Assembly (NCBI GenBank): GCA_017451425.1
Contig: JAFSPP010000011.1
Coordinates: 26,510 to 90,509 of the forward strand
Direction: 5' to 3'
DNA: 64,000 bases
Source of the DNA: Clostridia bacterium
GTDB taxonomy: Bacteria > Bacillota > Clostridia > Oscillospirales > Acutalibacteraceae
Every line of letters starts with the position of its first letter. The stretch's first letter is position 1. Under the pieces are notes generated by a model. It was given only the letters and a program-made list of their open reading frames with translations. It searched no databases and was not told the origin of the DNA. Position numbers and translations under genes: made by a program. Shown piece after piece: positions 8,679 to 16,258 of this stretch.

Positions 8679-9398
8679 ATGGCTTTTAAGAAAAAAGATG
8701 CCAATCCGATGATGATTGACGGCAATACATCCGCTCCGGCTCCTGCTGCTCCTGCAGCAAAGGAGAAAAAGTCCAAGGTTAAATATCTTGAACCCAACGA
8801 AATGAACTTCTACGAGCAGTACAAGGTCGTAGTTGAAGGCAAGAAGAAGGACGTTGACCTCGCTAAGATTCTCAAGCCCCTGATTGCCGTACTCATAGTT
8901 GTTCTTGCAGTATTTGTTATCCTTGAAGCTATTCTTATCGGATTCAAGGCTAAGAATAAGTCACTTGATAAGTACATCAATGACCCGAACAACATCGCTT
9001 CCTACAACGAGGCGCTTGCTGTTAAGGAAGAGACAGAGACTGTTAATGCTGCCAAAGCAAACATGGAATCTCTTCTTACTGCAATTGATACATATCCGAA
9101 CGTCGGCAAGGACTTCTTTGCAAAAGTTGCTTCCGTAGCCACAAAGAACAATGTAACAATCACCAACTATTCATTCGCAAATGAGAACGGATGGCTGAAC
9201 CTGGCATGTAACGCAAGTGCTACCAAGGACATTTCTCAGTTCGTTCGTGATCTTGAAACACTCGGTCTCTTCGGTAATGTTAATTACACCGGATTCCAGA
9301 GTAATGGTGATGCCACAGGCGGCTATGGTTACTCAGTTGACTGCACTTGCCTTGGCGATCCTAACTATTCACAGGCCGCTGCAGGCACTGAAGGCTAA
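8679..9398 (+). CDS. PilN-like bitopic pilus assembly protein
   Basis: A short cytoplasmic N-terminus, one TM (ILKPLIAVLIVVLAVFVILEAILIGF), then a coiled-coil and a globular periplasm-side domain. It follows pilM. Assigned by synteny and topology only. Confidence 0.45.
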   Translation: MAFKKKDANPMMIDGNTSAPAPAAPAAKEKKSKVKYLEPNEMNFYEQYKVVVEGKKKDVDLAKILKPLIAVLIVVLAVFVILEAILIGFKAKNKSLDKYINDPNNIASYNEALAVKEETETVNAAKANMESLLTAIDTYPNVGKDFFAKVASVATKNNVTITNYSFANENGWLNLACNASATKDISQFVRDLETLGLFGNVNYTGFQSNGDATGGYGYSVDCTCLGDPNYSQAAAGTEG

Positions 9399-9415
9399 GA
9401 AAGGGGAGATTTAAA

Positions 9416-10003
9416 ATGACAGAAAAAGATAAGAAAACCTTAATTATTGCTGCTATTGCTCTCCTTATATTCGGTATCGCTTTCCTCGGTATCAGACCCG
9501 CAATAACAAATCTGAAAGAGGAAAGAGCAAAGAACGTAGAGCTTTCAGCACAGAAACAGACAATGCAGACAGAGATTAACTCTCTCCCTACATACAAGAC
9601 AAATCTTGAAACAGCGAAGACGAACTACAATGCAACGGCTTCCCGCGCATTTGCAGATCTTCCGAATGACAAGATTCACGACGTAGTTATTGACGAAATC
9701 GTTACTCCGCTCGGCCTTGATGTAAAAGCATTCCGCATTAACAGCATTGAACCTCTCGGTGTAAACAATTATGTTGTACCTTCAGCTGATGCAGGCGCTT
9801 CACCGGCTCTTGTTGCAGGCACAACAGACCTTGCTTATATTACTGTTGATGTAGTAGGCACACAGGAGCAGATAATTGCGCTTGTTGACAAACTTAATGC
9901 GACAGAGGGCACATACCTCTCAAACATTTCGTTCTCAACGGTTGCAGACAATGCTACGGTATCAGTTCCGTTCTATATGGTTCTTTCGGAGACATTTGAA
10001 TAA
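9416..10003 (+). CDS. PilO-like bitopic pilus assembly protein
   Basis: An N-terminal TM (LIIAAIALLIFGIAFLGI), a coiled-coil (NLKEERAKNVELSAQKQTMQTEINSL), then a C-terminal domain. Synteny is pilM-N-O. Confidence 0.5.
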   Translation: MTEKDKKTLIIAAIALLIFGIAFLGIRPAITNLKEERAKNVELSAQKQTMQTEINSLPTYKTNLETAKTNYNATASRAFADLPNDKIHDVVIDEIVTPLGLDVKAFRINSIEPLGVNNYVVPSADAGASPALVAGTTDLAYITVDVVGTQEQIIALVDKLNATEGTYLSNISFSTVADNATVSVPFYMVLSETFE

Positions 10004-10045
10004 TACGATTCTCTGAAGGATACTCCGATAAAACGAAAAGAGTTT

Positions 10046-10091
10046 GGCACAAGTTCCGGTTTTTTCCGGGGCTTGTGCCCTGTCTTTTTTT
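10046..10091 (+). terminator. Rho-independent terminator ending the pilD..pilO unit
   Basis: GGCACAAG (10046-10053) pairs with CTTGTGCC (10072-10079), with an inner CCGG/CCGG pairing, followed by a T-rich run (TGTCTTTTTTT). Confidence 0.6.
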
Positions 10092-10099
10092 ATAAGTCC

Positions 10100-10158
10100 A
10101 AAAAAAGTTAAAAAAATGTTAAAAAACTATTCACATTTTGATTTCTTTGATATATAAT
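10100..10158 (+). promoter_or_regulatory. Putative promoter with a phased A-tract (UP-like) element for the minor-pilin operon
   Basis: TTCACA (10130-10135), a 17-nt spacer, then TATAAT (10153-10158). Three A6-7 tracts start at 10100, 10110 and 10121, about one helical turn apart. Confidence 0.4.
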
Positions 10159-10269
10159 AGGTTCATAAAGCGTGGTAGTGTATCTACCCGCGGGACGCAC
10201 GAGAATTATTCATAATTGATTTTATGCATAATTTCAAATCCGGCTTCCAAATAAAGGAGGTAAACATTT

Positions 10270-11961
10270 ATGAGAGTATTGGGAAATAAAAAGGGTTCGG
10301 CACTGCTCTGGTGCATACTCCTGATTATTATTCTCACAATTCTTTTGGGTAGTGTACTTACGGCTACTTATGCCTATTACAACTACACCATGCGTACTGT
10401 TAAGAGACAGCAGGCCTATTTTACTGCTCGTTCTGCAGTGTCCATGCTTCTTGAGGAACTCACCTCTGAAGAGCAGGTAGCTACAAACGGCGAATATCTG
10501 GAGTCGTCCATTTCAGTGCTTCCTTCAAGAAAGGGCGCTGATCATGCCGTAACCGTAAGCGATTTCGGTTTCGGTGAAAAGATGGGTTCGGCTGAAGCTA
10601 CTCTTGTACGTAACGATGACGACGAAATTAATATTGAAGTAACGGCATATTATCCCGATAACATAAACGGTGAGAAGTATGTTATGAAGGCTACTGTTTG
10701 CCGCCAGCCGCTTTATTTCGGCGGTATTGCTGTTAAGCATCTTTCGCTTGACGGCAAGCTTACTCTTGGCGAAAACACAGACCTTTACTGGAACAATACG
10801 GATATTTTCAACACAGCCGGTAATGGTTCCTCTTTTAAGAATAATGGCGGCACTCTTTCCGTTAACGGTAACCTCGTTACAAAAGGAGATGCCACAATTA
10901 CGGCCGGTAATGTTGTTGCAGGCAGAAACTTCTATGGAACAGCCACATTCTCCGGTGATTCTCTTCATTCAAAGAAAATCTGGTCTCCGACAGAATATAT
11001 TATTTCTAACAAGACATTAAGAGTTGATGATGCTGAGAACACGGAGTACACGACAAACGCTATTAATACTCTCAAAAATATTACTAACTATACCATTAAA
11101 TATTGTAACAGCAGAGGCACAAGTGCTTTCGGTCCGAATCCCGTGCTTGCAGATATCTTAGGTGTTGATGTCGGCCAGCTTATGTCCGGTATTCCAATCA
11201 TCGGTAACATTATTTCTGATACAAATGATCAGTTTATGAAGGTTTCCGACTCAAATAACAGCGCTTTGTCCATCAGATACATTAAGCTTCTTTCAACATA
11301 CAAAGCAATTTCTGATGCGCTTGATAACGCTCCTTTGGTCCTGCAGCCAATGATTAATATTATTCGCGCCTTACCTACAACGCAGGCGGCAGCCAGTCTT
11401 ATGAGAGATTGCTACGATGCTCCTTGGATTGATTTCTCTTCATCTGATGAAGGCAACAGATCTGATGAGGTCGTACCTCTTACTTATCTCTTTGTTGACA
11501 GCAAACTCGGCGTCCGTGTTCAGTACGGCAGAGATCCGGGCAAAGCCAGTTTTATAGGTCAGATTACTGATAATATTTCTAATAATGTTGGCTCATTTAT
11601 CAACAGCGTTTTTGATATTCGCAATAAGCCCAGTTATCTTGTTGCTTATATGGAACCCAATTCTTATATCGAACTCGGCTATGGTTGCGGCAAGGGACAT
11701 GTTAACCCGAAGACAGGTGTTACAGAAAACAACAGCCGAAACAGAGGCACGCCACAGAACCTTGTTTTCCTTTATTCACTATATGGTGGAGATAACACAA
11801 CGGTTATCCTTCACGACGGCGTAACGGTTATAGGTGAGATTATCTGTGACAATCTTATTATCGAAGGCGATGCCAAGATAATTTACTCATCAATAAACGG
11901 CGGTCAGATAGCTAAACAGAAGATTGCTGAGTATTGGGCCGTATCAAATTATTCGGATTAA
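10270..11961 (+). CDS. PilX_N-domain pilus-associated protein, large (563 aa)
   Basis: The N-terminus KKGSALLWCILLIIILTILLGSVLT...RQQAYFTARSAV matches the PilX N-terminal pattern (GSAL, hydrophobic helix, QAFxAAEAG). It has no Glu+5 or canonical G|F cleavage site. The remainder is Asn/Gly/Thr-rich. Confidence 0.55.
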   Translation: MRVLGNKKGSALLWCILLIIILTILLGSVLTATYAYYNYTMRTVKRQQAYFTARSAVSMLLEELTSEEQVATNGEYLESSISVLPSRKGADHAVTVSDFGFGEKMGSAEATLVRNDDDEINIEVTAYYPDNINGEKYVMKATVCRQPLYFGGIAVKHLSLDGKLTLGENTDLYWNNTDIFNTAGNGSSFKNNGGTLSVNGNLVTKGDATITAGNVVAGRNFYGTATFSGDSLHSKKIWSPTEYIISNKTLRVDDAENTEYTTNAINTLKNITNYTIKYCNSRGTSAFGPNPVLADILGVDVGQLMSGIPIIGNIISDTNDQFMKVSDSNNSALSIRYIKLLSTYKAISDALDNAPLVLQPMINIIRALPTTQAAASLMRDCYDAPWIDFSSSDEGNRSDEVVPLTYLFVDSKLGVRVQYGRDPGKASFIGQITDNISNNVGSFINSVFDIRNKPSYLVAYMEPNSYIELGYGCGKGHVNPKTGVTENNSRNRGTPQNLVFLYSLYGGDNTTVILHDGVTVIGEIICDNLIIEGDAKIIYSSINGGQIAKQKIAEYWAVSNYSD

Positions 11962-11973
11962 GGGGGCTGCTTT

Positions 11974-12381
11974 ATGAAGAAACTTGATAATAAAGGTTTG
12001 ACTCTTGTTGAGCTTATACTCGCAGCAGTTATCCTTGCAATTTCCGGACTTATGCTTGCCACGACTTTCACATCTGCAATGAGAATTATGAGTCGTGCAA
12101 TACTTTACAAGAACGTCAGTGCAACAGCTGCAGAGACAGTTGAACTTGCCGAGGAACAGGAACCGGTCGAAAACTTTGTTTACGATGTTGACAGTTCCGA
12201 AAAGAACGGCACATTGACTATCACTTACAAGAAAGACAATGTTGATAGTACAACGACAATGAGCGGTCAGTACTATTTTGCAGAGGTCTCAAAAGATGAC
12301 GAGAGGGTCGGCCTGACTTACAAGGAGTTCCTTCCGAGTAACTTCAGTTACGACATTCCTGCGGCCCCTGTAGGGGATTAA
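11974..12381 (+). CDS. Minor type IV pilin / pseudopilin
   Basis: The N-terminus MKKLDNKG|LTLVELILAAVILAISGLMLA is a prepilin cleavage/methylation motif with Glu+5. Confidence 0.75.
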   Translation: MKKLDNKGLTLVELILAAVILAISGLMLATTFTSAMRIMSRAILYKNVSATAAETVELAEEQEPVENFVYDVDSSEKNGTLTITYKKDNVDSTTTMSGQYYFAEVSKDDERVGLTYKEFLPSNFSYDIPAAPVGD

Positions 12382-12405
12382 GTATACAGAAAGGACGAGT
12401 GACTT

Positions 12406-14928
12406 ATGAATATTTTTGAAATAAGAAAAAATAAACTCGGTATGACACTTGTGGAAATGGTTCTTTCCCTTGTAATCCTCGGTATACTTATGACTTCTAC
12501 TATGGGTATGGTAATATCGAGTAATCAGATTTTCATTTCAACAAGTAAAGCCGCAATTGACAAGCAGGTTGGTAACTACTCTTTCGATTTCATCGAAAAG
12601 GTTCTCCGTTACACAACACACATGTCAATCTACAATGAGGGCACTTCACCCAATGATTCCAATCTTCAGTCTCTCTCATTGAATAAGACTGATAATACCA
12701 ATGATTCCGGCATACTTATGTTTAAGCGCGCTGAGGATAACGATCCTTACTCTCTTTACGATAATGGTTTCTACGGCAATAGAACAATCCAGTATTCTGT
12801 TCATAAGGTCGGTAAAAAGAGCCAGCACGTAAAACTTAAAGTAACTGTCTTCAGAGAGGGCAGAGCGGTTTATTCGAGAGAATCCGTTGTCAAGTGCTTG
12901 AACCTTAACCTTGTTGCAATAGGTGACGGTGCAAATCCGATTGTTGATAAGTCATCTGCCGATGCAGTAAACCAGACAATCACATTCTCCGTTGATGAAA
13001 AGCTTCTTTCCGGCGGTAAGAATGCTTACTCACTTGAGTTCAAGGTTTCCGAGTTCATGGGTAAGTACAACAAGATTCAGAAAGCTTATGTTGCCGATAT
13101 AGGTAAGGCTTATACAAAGTATATCAGCGGTAACTATGATGCTGAGGAAAACCCCGGTATCCGCGGTACAACTGATGCTTACAACGGCAGAATTGAAGCC
13201 GAGACATACGCAGCCAGAATGAATGCCTATACAAAGATTGTATTCGGCGACGGAGCGACACCTACAAACTATGATCCCGATCGTATTGAAAACTGTGTAA
13301 ACCTTCGTGCTTACTATCAGCAGGAAATCAATGATCTCCTTAAATTTGATCTTAAATCTTCAAATGCCGCAGGTTTTACCAATGGTAACTTTACCAACAA
13401 TATTATCGGTACAACATCTTATAAGCTTCATAATGGTGATGCCTTCTACGGCGTAGTTGCGACCAAGGAAGAGATGTACTTTGGTTTCATGCTCAACCAT
13501 TATGACAAGAATAACGACGGCACTATTTCAAAGGCTGAATATCCTCAGTTTGAGGGCGACTCCTTCTTCAAGGGCACATCCATGGATTCTTATTTAAAGA
13601 ATACCAGCGGCAACCAGATGGTTATCATGTGCTACTTCAAGGACAATGTTGCCAATGATAACTACAAGGGCCTTGTAGCAAAGACAACCCAGGATGTTTA
13701 CTCCTTCAACGGATCTGTTTCGCACTCTGCTGCAGCGAATGGATCAGCAACTAAACCCGGAGCATCAACAATCCAAGATTACAGCGGAAATAACAGTGAT
13801 GTACCTTCCGGTACAAGTTATCTTAATACCTCCAAGGTATATATCTACTATTCAGATAACAATTACAGAGCCGGTGGCACAAATCTCAACTATGACCGTT
13901 CTGGTAATATTATTTCCGGATACACATATCCCGGCACGGCAATTGAAAATTATCTCAAGAATACACTCGGTGCAAAGAATGCTACTCCTTCTTTTAATGT
14001 AGCATCACATATTTCAGGTTCGGATCATAACGATACTAAGAATTGCTCTTATACCGCACCGACCGACCTTACAGAAGGCTGGTATTATTCCAAGGTTCCG
14101 TATTACAGTGCAGGTGCTGCTAATACTAAATATTGTTTCTGTCTCTTCTATCTCCAGGCTATTGATCAGACAGAAGAGGCTGACGGCCAGGAAATAGTAC
14201 TGAATCCGAATAAAATTGCCATCTTCAGAGGCGGTAAAATTAATTACTCGTTTGCCAACAGCTCGGGTGTATTAGAAACTATTTACTATAAACTGGGTTC
14301 ATTCACTTATGACCAGGCGCAGTTTACAGTAAGCCACGAAGCACAGGGCGGCAACACCACTTCCACTGACTTCCTTGAGTACACAGCACACCAGTATGTT
14401 GACTATGCACTCTACGGAACAGACTGGAACTCCTGGTTCAATGCGAACCCTTCAGGTCTTATTAACCAGCTTGCGAATGTTGTTACGAATTTCGTTAACA
14501 CAATTCGTGGTAAGGCCATAAATAAGAACATAACCAGCATAAGTACGGCAAATGCAGTTCAGTCGCTTGGTAACATCGGACAGCACAACATTTCTACTGC
14601 GATGGACAATCAGGCTGCATCTTATAACCTTGCTTGGTGTGTTTACAGCCCGAAGCGCGGCACATGGTACTATCTGCCCGCCAGATCAACAAGACTTTCA
14701 GGTCTTGCTTCTTCCTTCTCGTTCTCATCAAAGAAGGACGCACCGACACCGCTTGATGCTGACCTTGATGACGGTTCCTGGAGATCCTCCAGCGCAATGG
14801 TAAGTGATATCGAGATGCGTAAACTGTCAAGCAGCGGTCTCTTTGGACTTGTTGATACGACCTCTGATGTACTTTGGGTAGCACTTCCTACAGGTAACAC
14901 AATCGATCTTGATTCCGTTACCGGTTAA
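12406..14928 (+). CDS. Giant modular pilin-like protein (840 aa), candidate tip protein or adhesin
   Basis: The N-terminus ...RKNKLG|MTLVEMVLSLVILGILM has a prepilin-type signal with Glu+5, followed by about 800 aa of Asn/Ser/Thr/Tyr-rich extracellular sequence. This includes a canonical EF-hand-like loop DKNNDGTISKAE at nt 13504-13539. Confidence 0.7.
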   Translation: MNIFEIRKNKLGMTLVEMVLSLVILGILMTSTMGMVISSNQIFISTSKAAIDKQVGNYSFDFIEKVLRYTTHMSIYNEGTSPNDSNLQSLSLNKTDNTNDSGILMFKRAEDNDPYSLYDNGFYGNRTIQYSVHKVGKKSQHVKLKVTVFREGRAVYSRESVVKCLNLNLVAIGDGANPIVDKSSADAVNQTITFSVDEKLLSGGKNAYSLEFKVSEFMGKYNKIQKAYVADIGKAYTKYISGNYDAEENPGIRGTTDAYNGRIEAETYAARMNAYTKIVFGDGATPTNYDPDRIENCVNLRAYYQQEINDLLKFDLKSSNAAGFTNGNFTNNIIGTTSYKLHNGDAFYGVVATKEEMYFGFMLNHYDKNNDGTISKAEYPQFEGDSFFKGTSMDSYLKNTSGNQMVIMCYFKDNVANDNYKGLVAKTTQDVYSFNGSVSHSAAANGSATKPGASTIQDYSGNNSDVPSGTSYLNTSKVYIYYSDNNYRAGGTNLNYDRSGNIISGYTYPGTAIENYLKNTLGAKNATPSFNVASHISGSDHNDTKNCSYTAPTDLTEGWYYSKVPYYSAGAANTKYCFCLFYLQAIDQTEEADGQEIVLNPNKIAIFRGGKINYSFANSSGVLETIYYKLGSFTYDQAQFTVSHEAQGGNTTSTDFLEYTAHQYVDYALYGTDWNSWFNANPSGLINQLANVVTNFVNTIRGKAINKNITSISTANAVQSLGNIGQHNISTAMDNQAASYNLAWCVYSPKRGTWYYLPARSTRLSGLASSFSFSSKKDAPTPLDADLDDGSWRSSSAMVSDIEMRKLSSSGLFGLVDTTSDVLWVALPTGNTIDLDSVTG

Positions 14929-14964
14929 TTGCAGATTTCTGCAAATCCAATAAAACGAATAGCA

Positions 14965-14996
14965 GGGGCGGGCTTTTGTCCGCCTCTGTTTCTTTT
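14965..14996 (+). terminator. Probable Rho-independent terminator after the minor-pilin operon
   Basis: GGGGCGGGC (14965-14973) pairs with GTCCGCCTC (14978-14986) with two G-U pairs and a TTTT loop, followed by TGTTTCTTTT. Confidence 0.5.
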
Positions 14997-15084
14997 GTGG
15001 TTTGACAAATAGGTATTATGTAATAAAATAATTGTATACAAAATGGTTATAATCTTTGAAAGTTTTGCAAGGAGGTGAGCAGGG

Positions 15085-15831
15085 ATGAAGCTTAATTATG
15101 CAGGCAGAAGAGCGTTTGAAGTGTTTACGTTTATTCTGGACTGGATTCTTATTCTGGCCCTGCTCGTCAGCCTTTATAATATATTTATGCGTAAAGTGCG
15201 CCATGAACCTCTGCCAATGCTTTTCGGCAGGGGATATGCGGTAACGGTTTCGGGTTCCATGGAGCCGACAATTGCCATAGGCGACATTGTGTGGATTAAA
15301 CAGCAGCCTAAGTATGATGTGGGCGATATTATCGTGTTTGTGGATAAGGATTCGCCTAATCAGTCTCTGGTAACGCACAGGATTGTCGGTGTTACGGAGG
15401 AGGGCTATATCACCAAGGGCGATAATAACAATACGGCGGATTCCGGTGTTGTGGAGCCACATTACATTAAGGGTGCTGCGACGCATCTTATTCATTACTT
15501 CGGAGCTACGTTGCTGTTCATTCAAAAGCCGATTGGCATGTTCCTGATGCTGCTTTTAGCATTGCTGCTTATTGAGCTTCCGTACCGTATCAGGACGAGG
15601 TACAGGGAAGAGACCATGGCAGCGCTTGATAACATGGTCCACAGGGTCGAAATACAGGGCAAAGAGGTTATTGCGCCTGATCGTACCCTTGAGTTCAATG
15701 ACGGTTCTTATAGGGCGCCACAGAAGACGAAGAGGCAGATTGACTTCGAGCGCGAACTCGACTGGAGGCGCCGCAAGAAGCAGAAGCGGAAGATATTTGT
15801 GCCTGATGAGGGTCACTGGGATATTGACTAG
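15085..15831 (+). CDS. Signal peptidase I, SipW/archaeal-eukaryal (S26B) type, with a long charged C-terminal tail
   Basis: Has the catalytic Ser context VSGSMEPTIAIGDIVWIK, the segments THRIVGV and GYITKGDNN, and a second TM. About 85 extra C-terminal residues are rich in R/K/E (RRRKKQKRK). Confidence 0.75.
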   Translation: MKLNYAGRRAFEVFTFILDWILILALLVSLYNIFMRKVRHEPLPMLFGRGYAVTVSGSMEPTIAIGDIVWIKQQPKYDVGDIIVFVDKDSPNQSLVTHRIVGVTEEGYITKGDNNNTADSGVVEPHYIKGAATHLIHYFGATLLFIQKPIGMFLMLLLALLLIELPYRIRTRYREETMAALDNMVHRVEIQGKEVIAPDRTLEFNDGSYRAPQKTKRQIDFERELDWRRRKKQKRKIFVPDEGHWDID

Positions 15832-15874
15832 TTTTTGCTTTGGTTATTTTTAGAAAGTTGACTTGAATTTTTTG

Positions 15875-15903
15875 TTGACTTTGTCGGTTTATGGTGTTAA
15901 AAT
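15875..15903 (+). promoter_or_regulatory. Sigma-A promoter of the T-box operon
   Basis: TTGACT (15875-15880), a 17-nt spacer, then TAAAAT (15898-15903). A second copy of GTTGACTT lies 17 nt upstream (15857-15864). Confidence 0.55.
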
Positions 15904-15909
15904 TTTGGC

Positions 15910-16187
15910 ATAATAAATAAAGGCGATGACGAAGACGGTTTTGAGGACCTCTTTCAGAGAGCAGACGGTTGGTGCGAGTCTGCAGTGGGAATCAAGTTGA
16001 CCTATCACTTCAGCAGCTGAGCCCTTGAACACATTTGTTAGTAGGGGACTACGTGAAAGCTACGTCAGTGCGAAGGGGTTGATGGACCCTGAGGGGTAAC
16101 GGGCAATAGCCAATCGTTACAATTTGAGTGGTACCGCGGGTAACTTGTTTTATTCGTCTCAAAGCATTTGCTTTGAGGCGTTTTTTT
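15910..16187 (+). promoter_or_regulatory. T-box riboswitch leader (tRNA-sensing transcription attenuator), probable Ile (AUC) specifier
   Basis: GA/K-turn GCGAUGA (15923-15929). AG bulge AGAGAG (15956-15961). Distal loop GGUUGGUGCGA (15967-15977). Specifier context CCU-AUC-A-CUUC (codon at 16004-16006), closed by GAAG at 15931-15934. T-box sequence AAUUUGAGUGGUACCGCGGG (16121-16140). Terminator CGTCTCAAAGCA/TGCTTTGAGGCG plus T7 (16155-16187). The terminator's 5' arm CTCAAA can pair instead with the T-box TTTGAG. Confidence 0.85.
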
Positions 16188-16258
16188 ATTCCCCTCATCT
16201 GCCCCTTTGGGGCACCTTCTCCCCCGGGAGAAGGCATAACAGGAAAGGAATGGTTGTT

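Noticed and set aside
16124-16258. The ORF-track start (MSGTAGNL...) extends the synthetase gene 45 codons upstream.
   Set aside because: The extension would begin inside the T-box sequence and run through the terminator hairpin and T-run. An ATG at 16259 with a properly spaced GGAAAGGA RBS is the plausible start.
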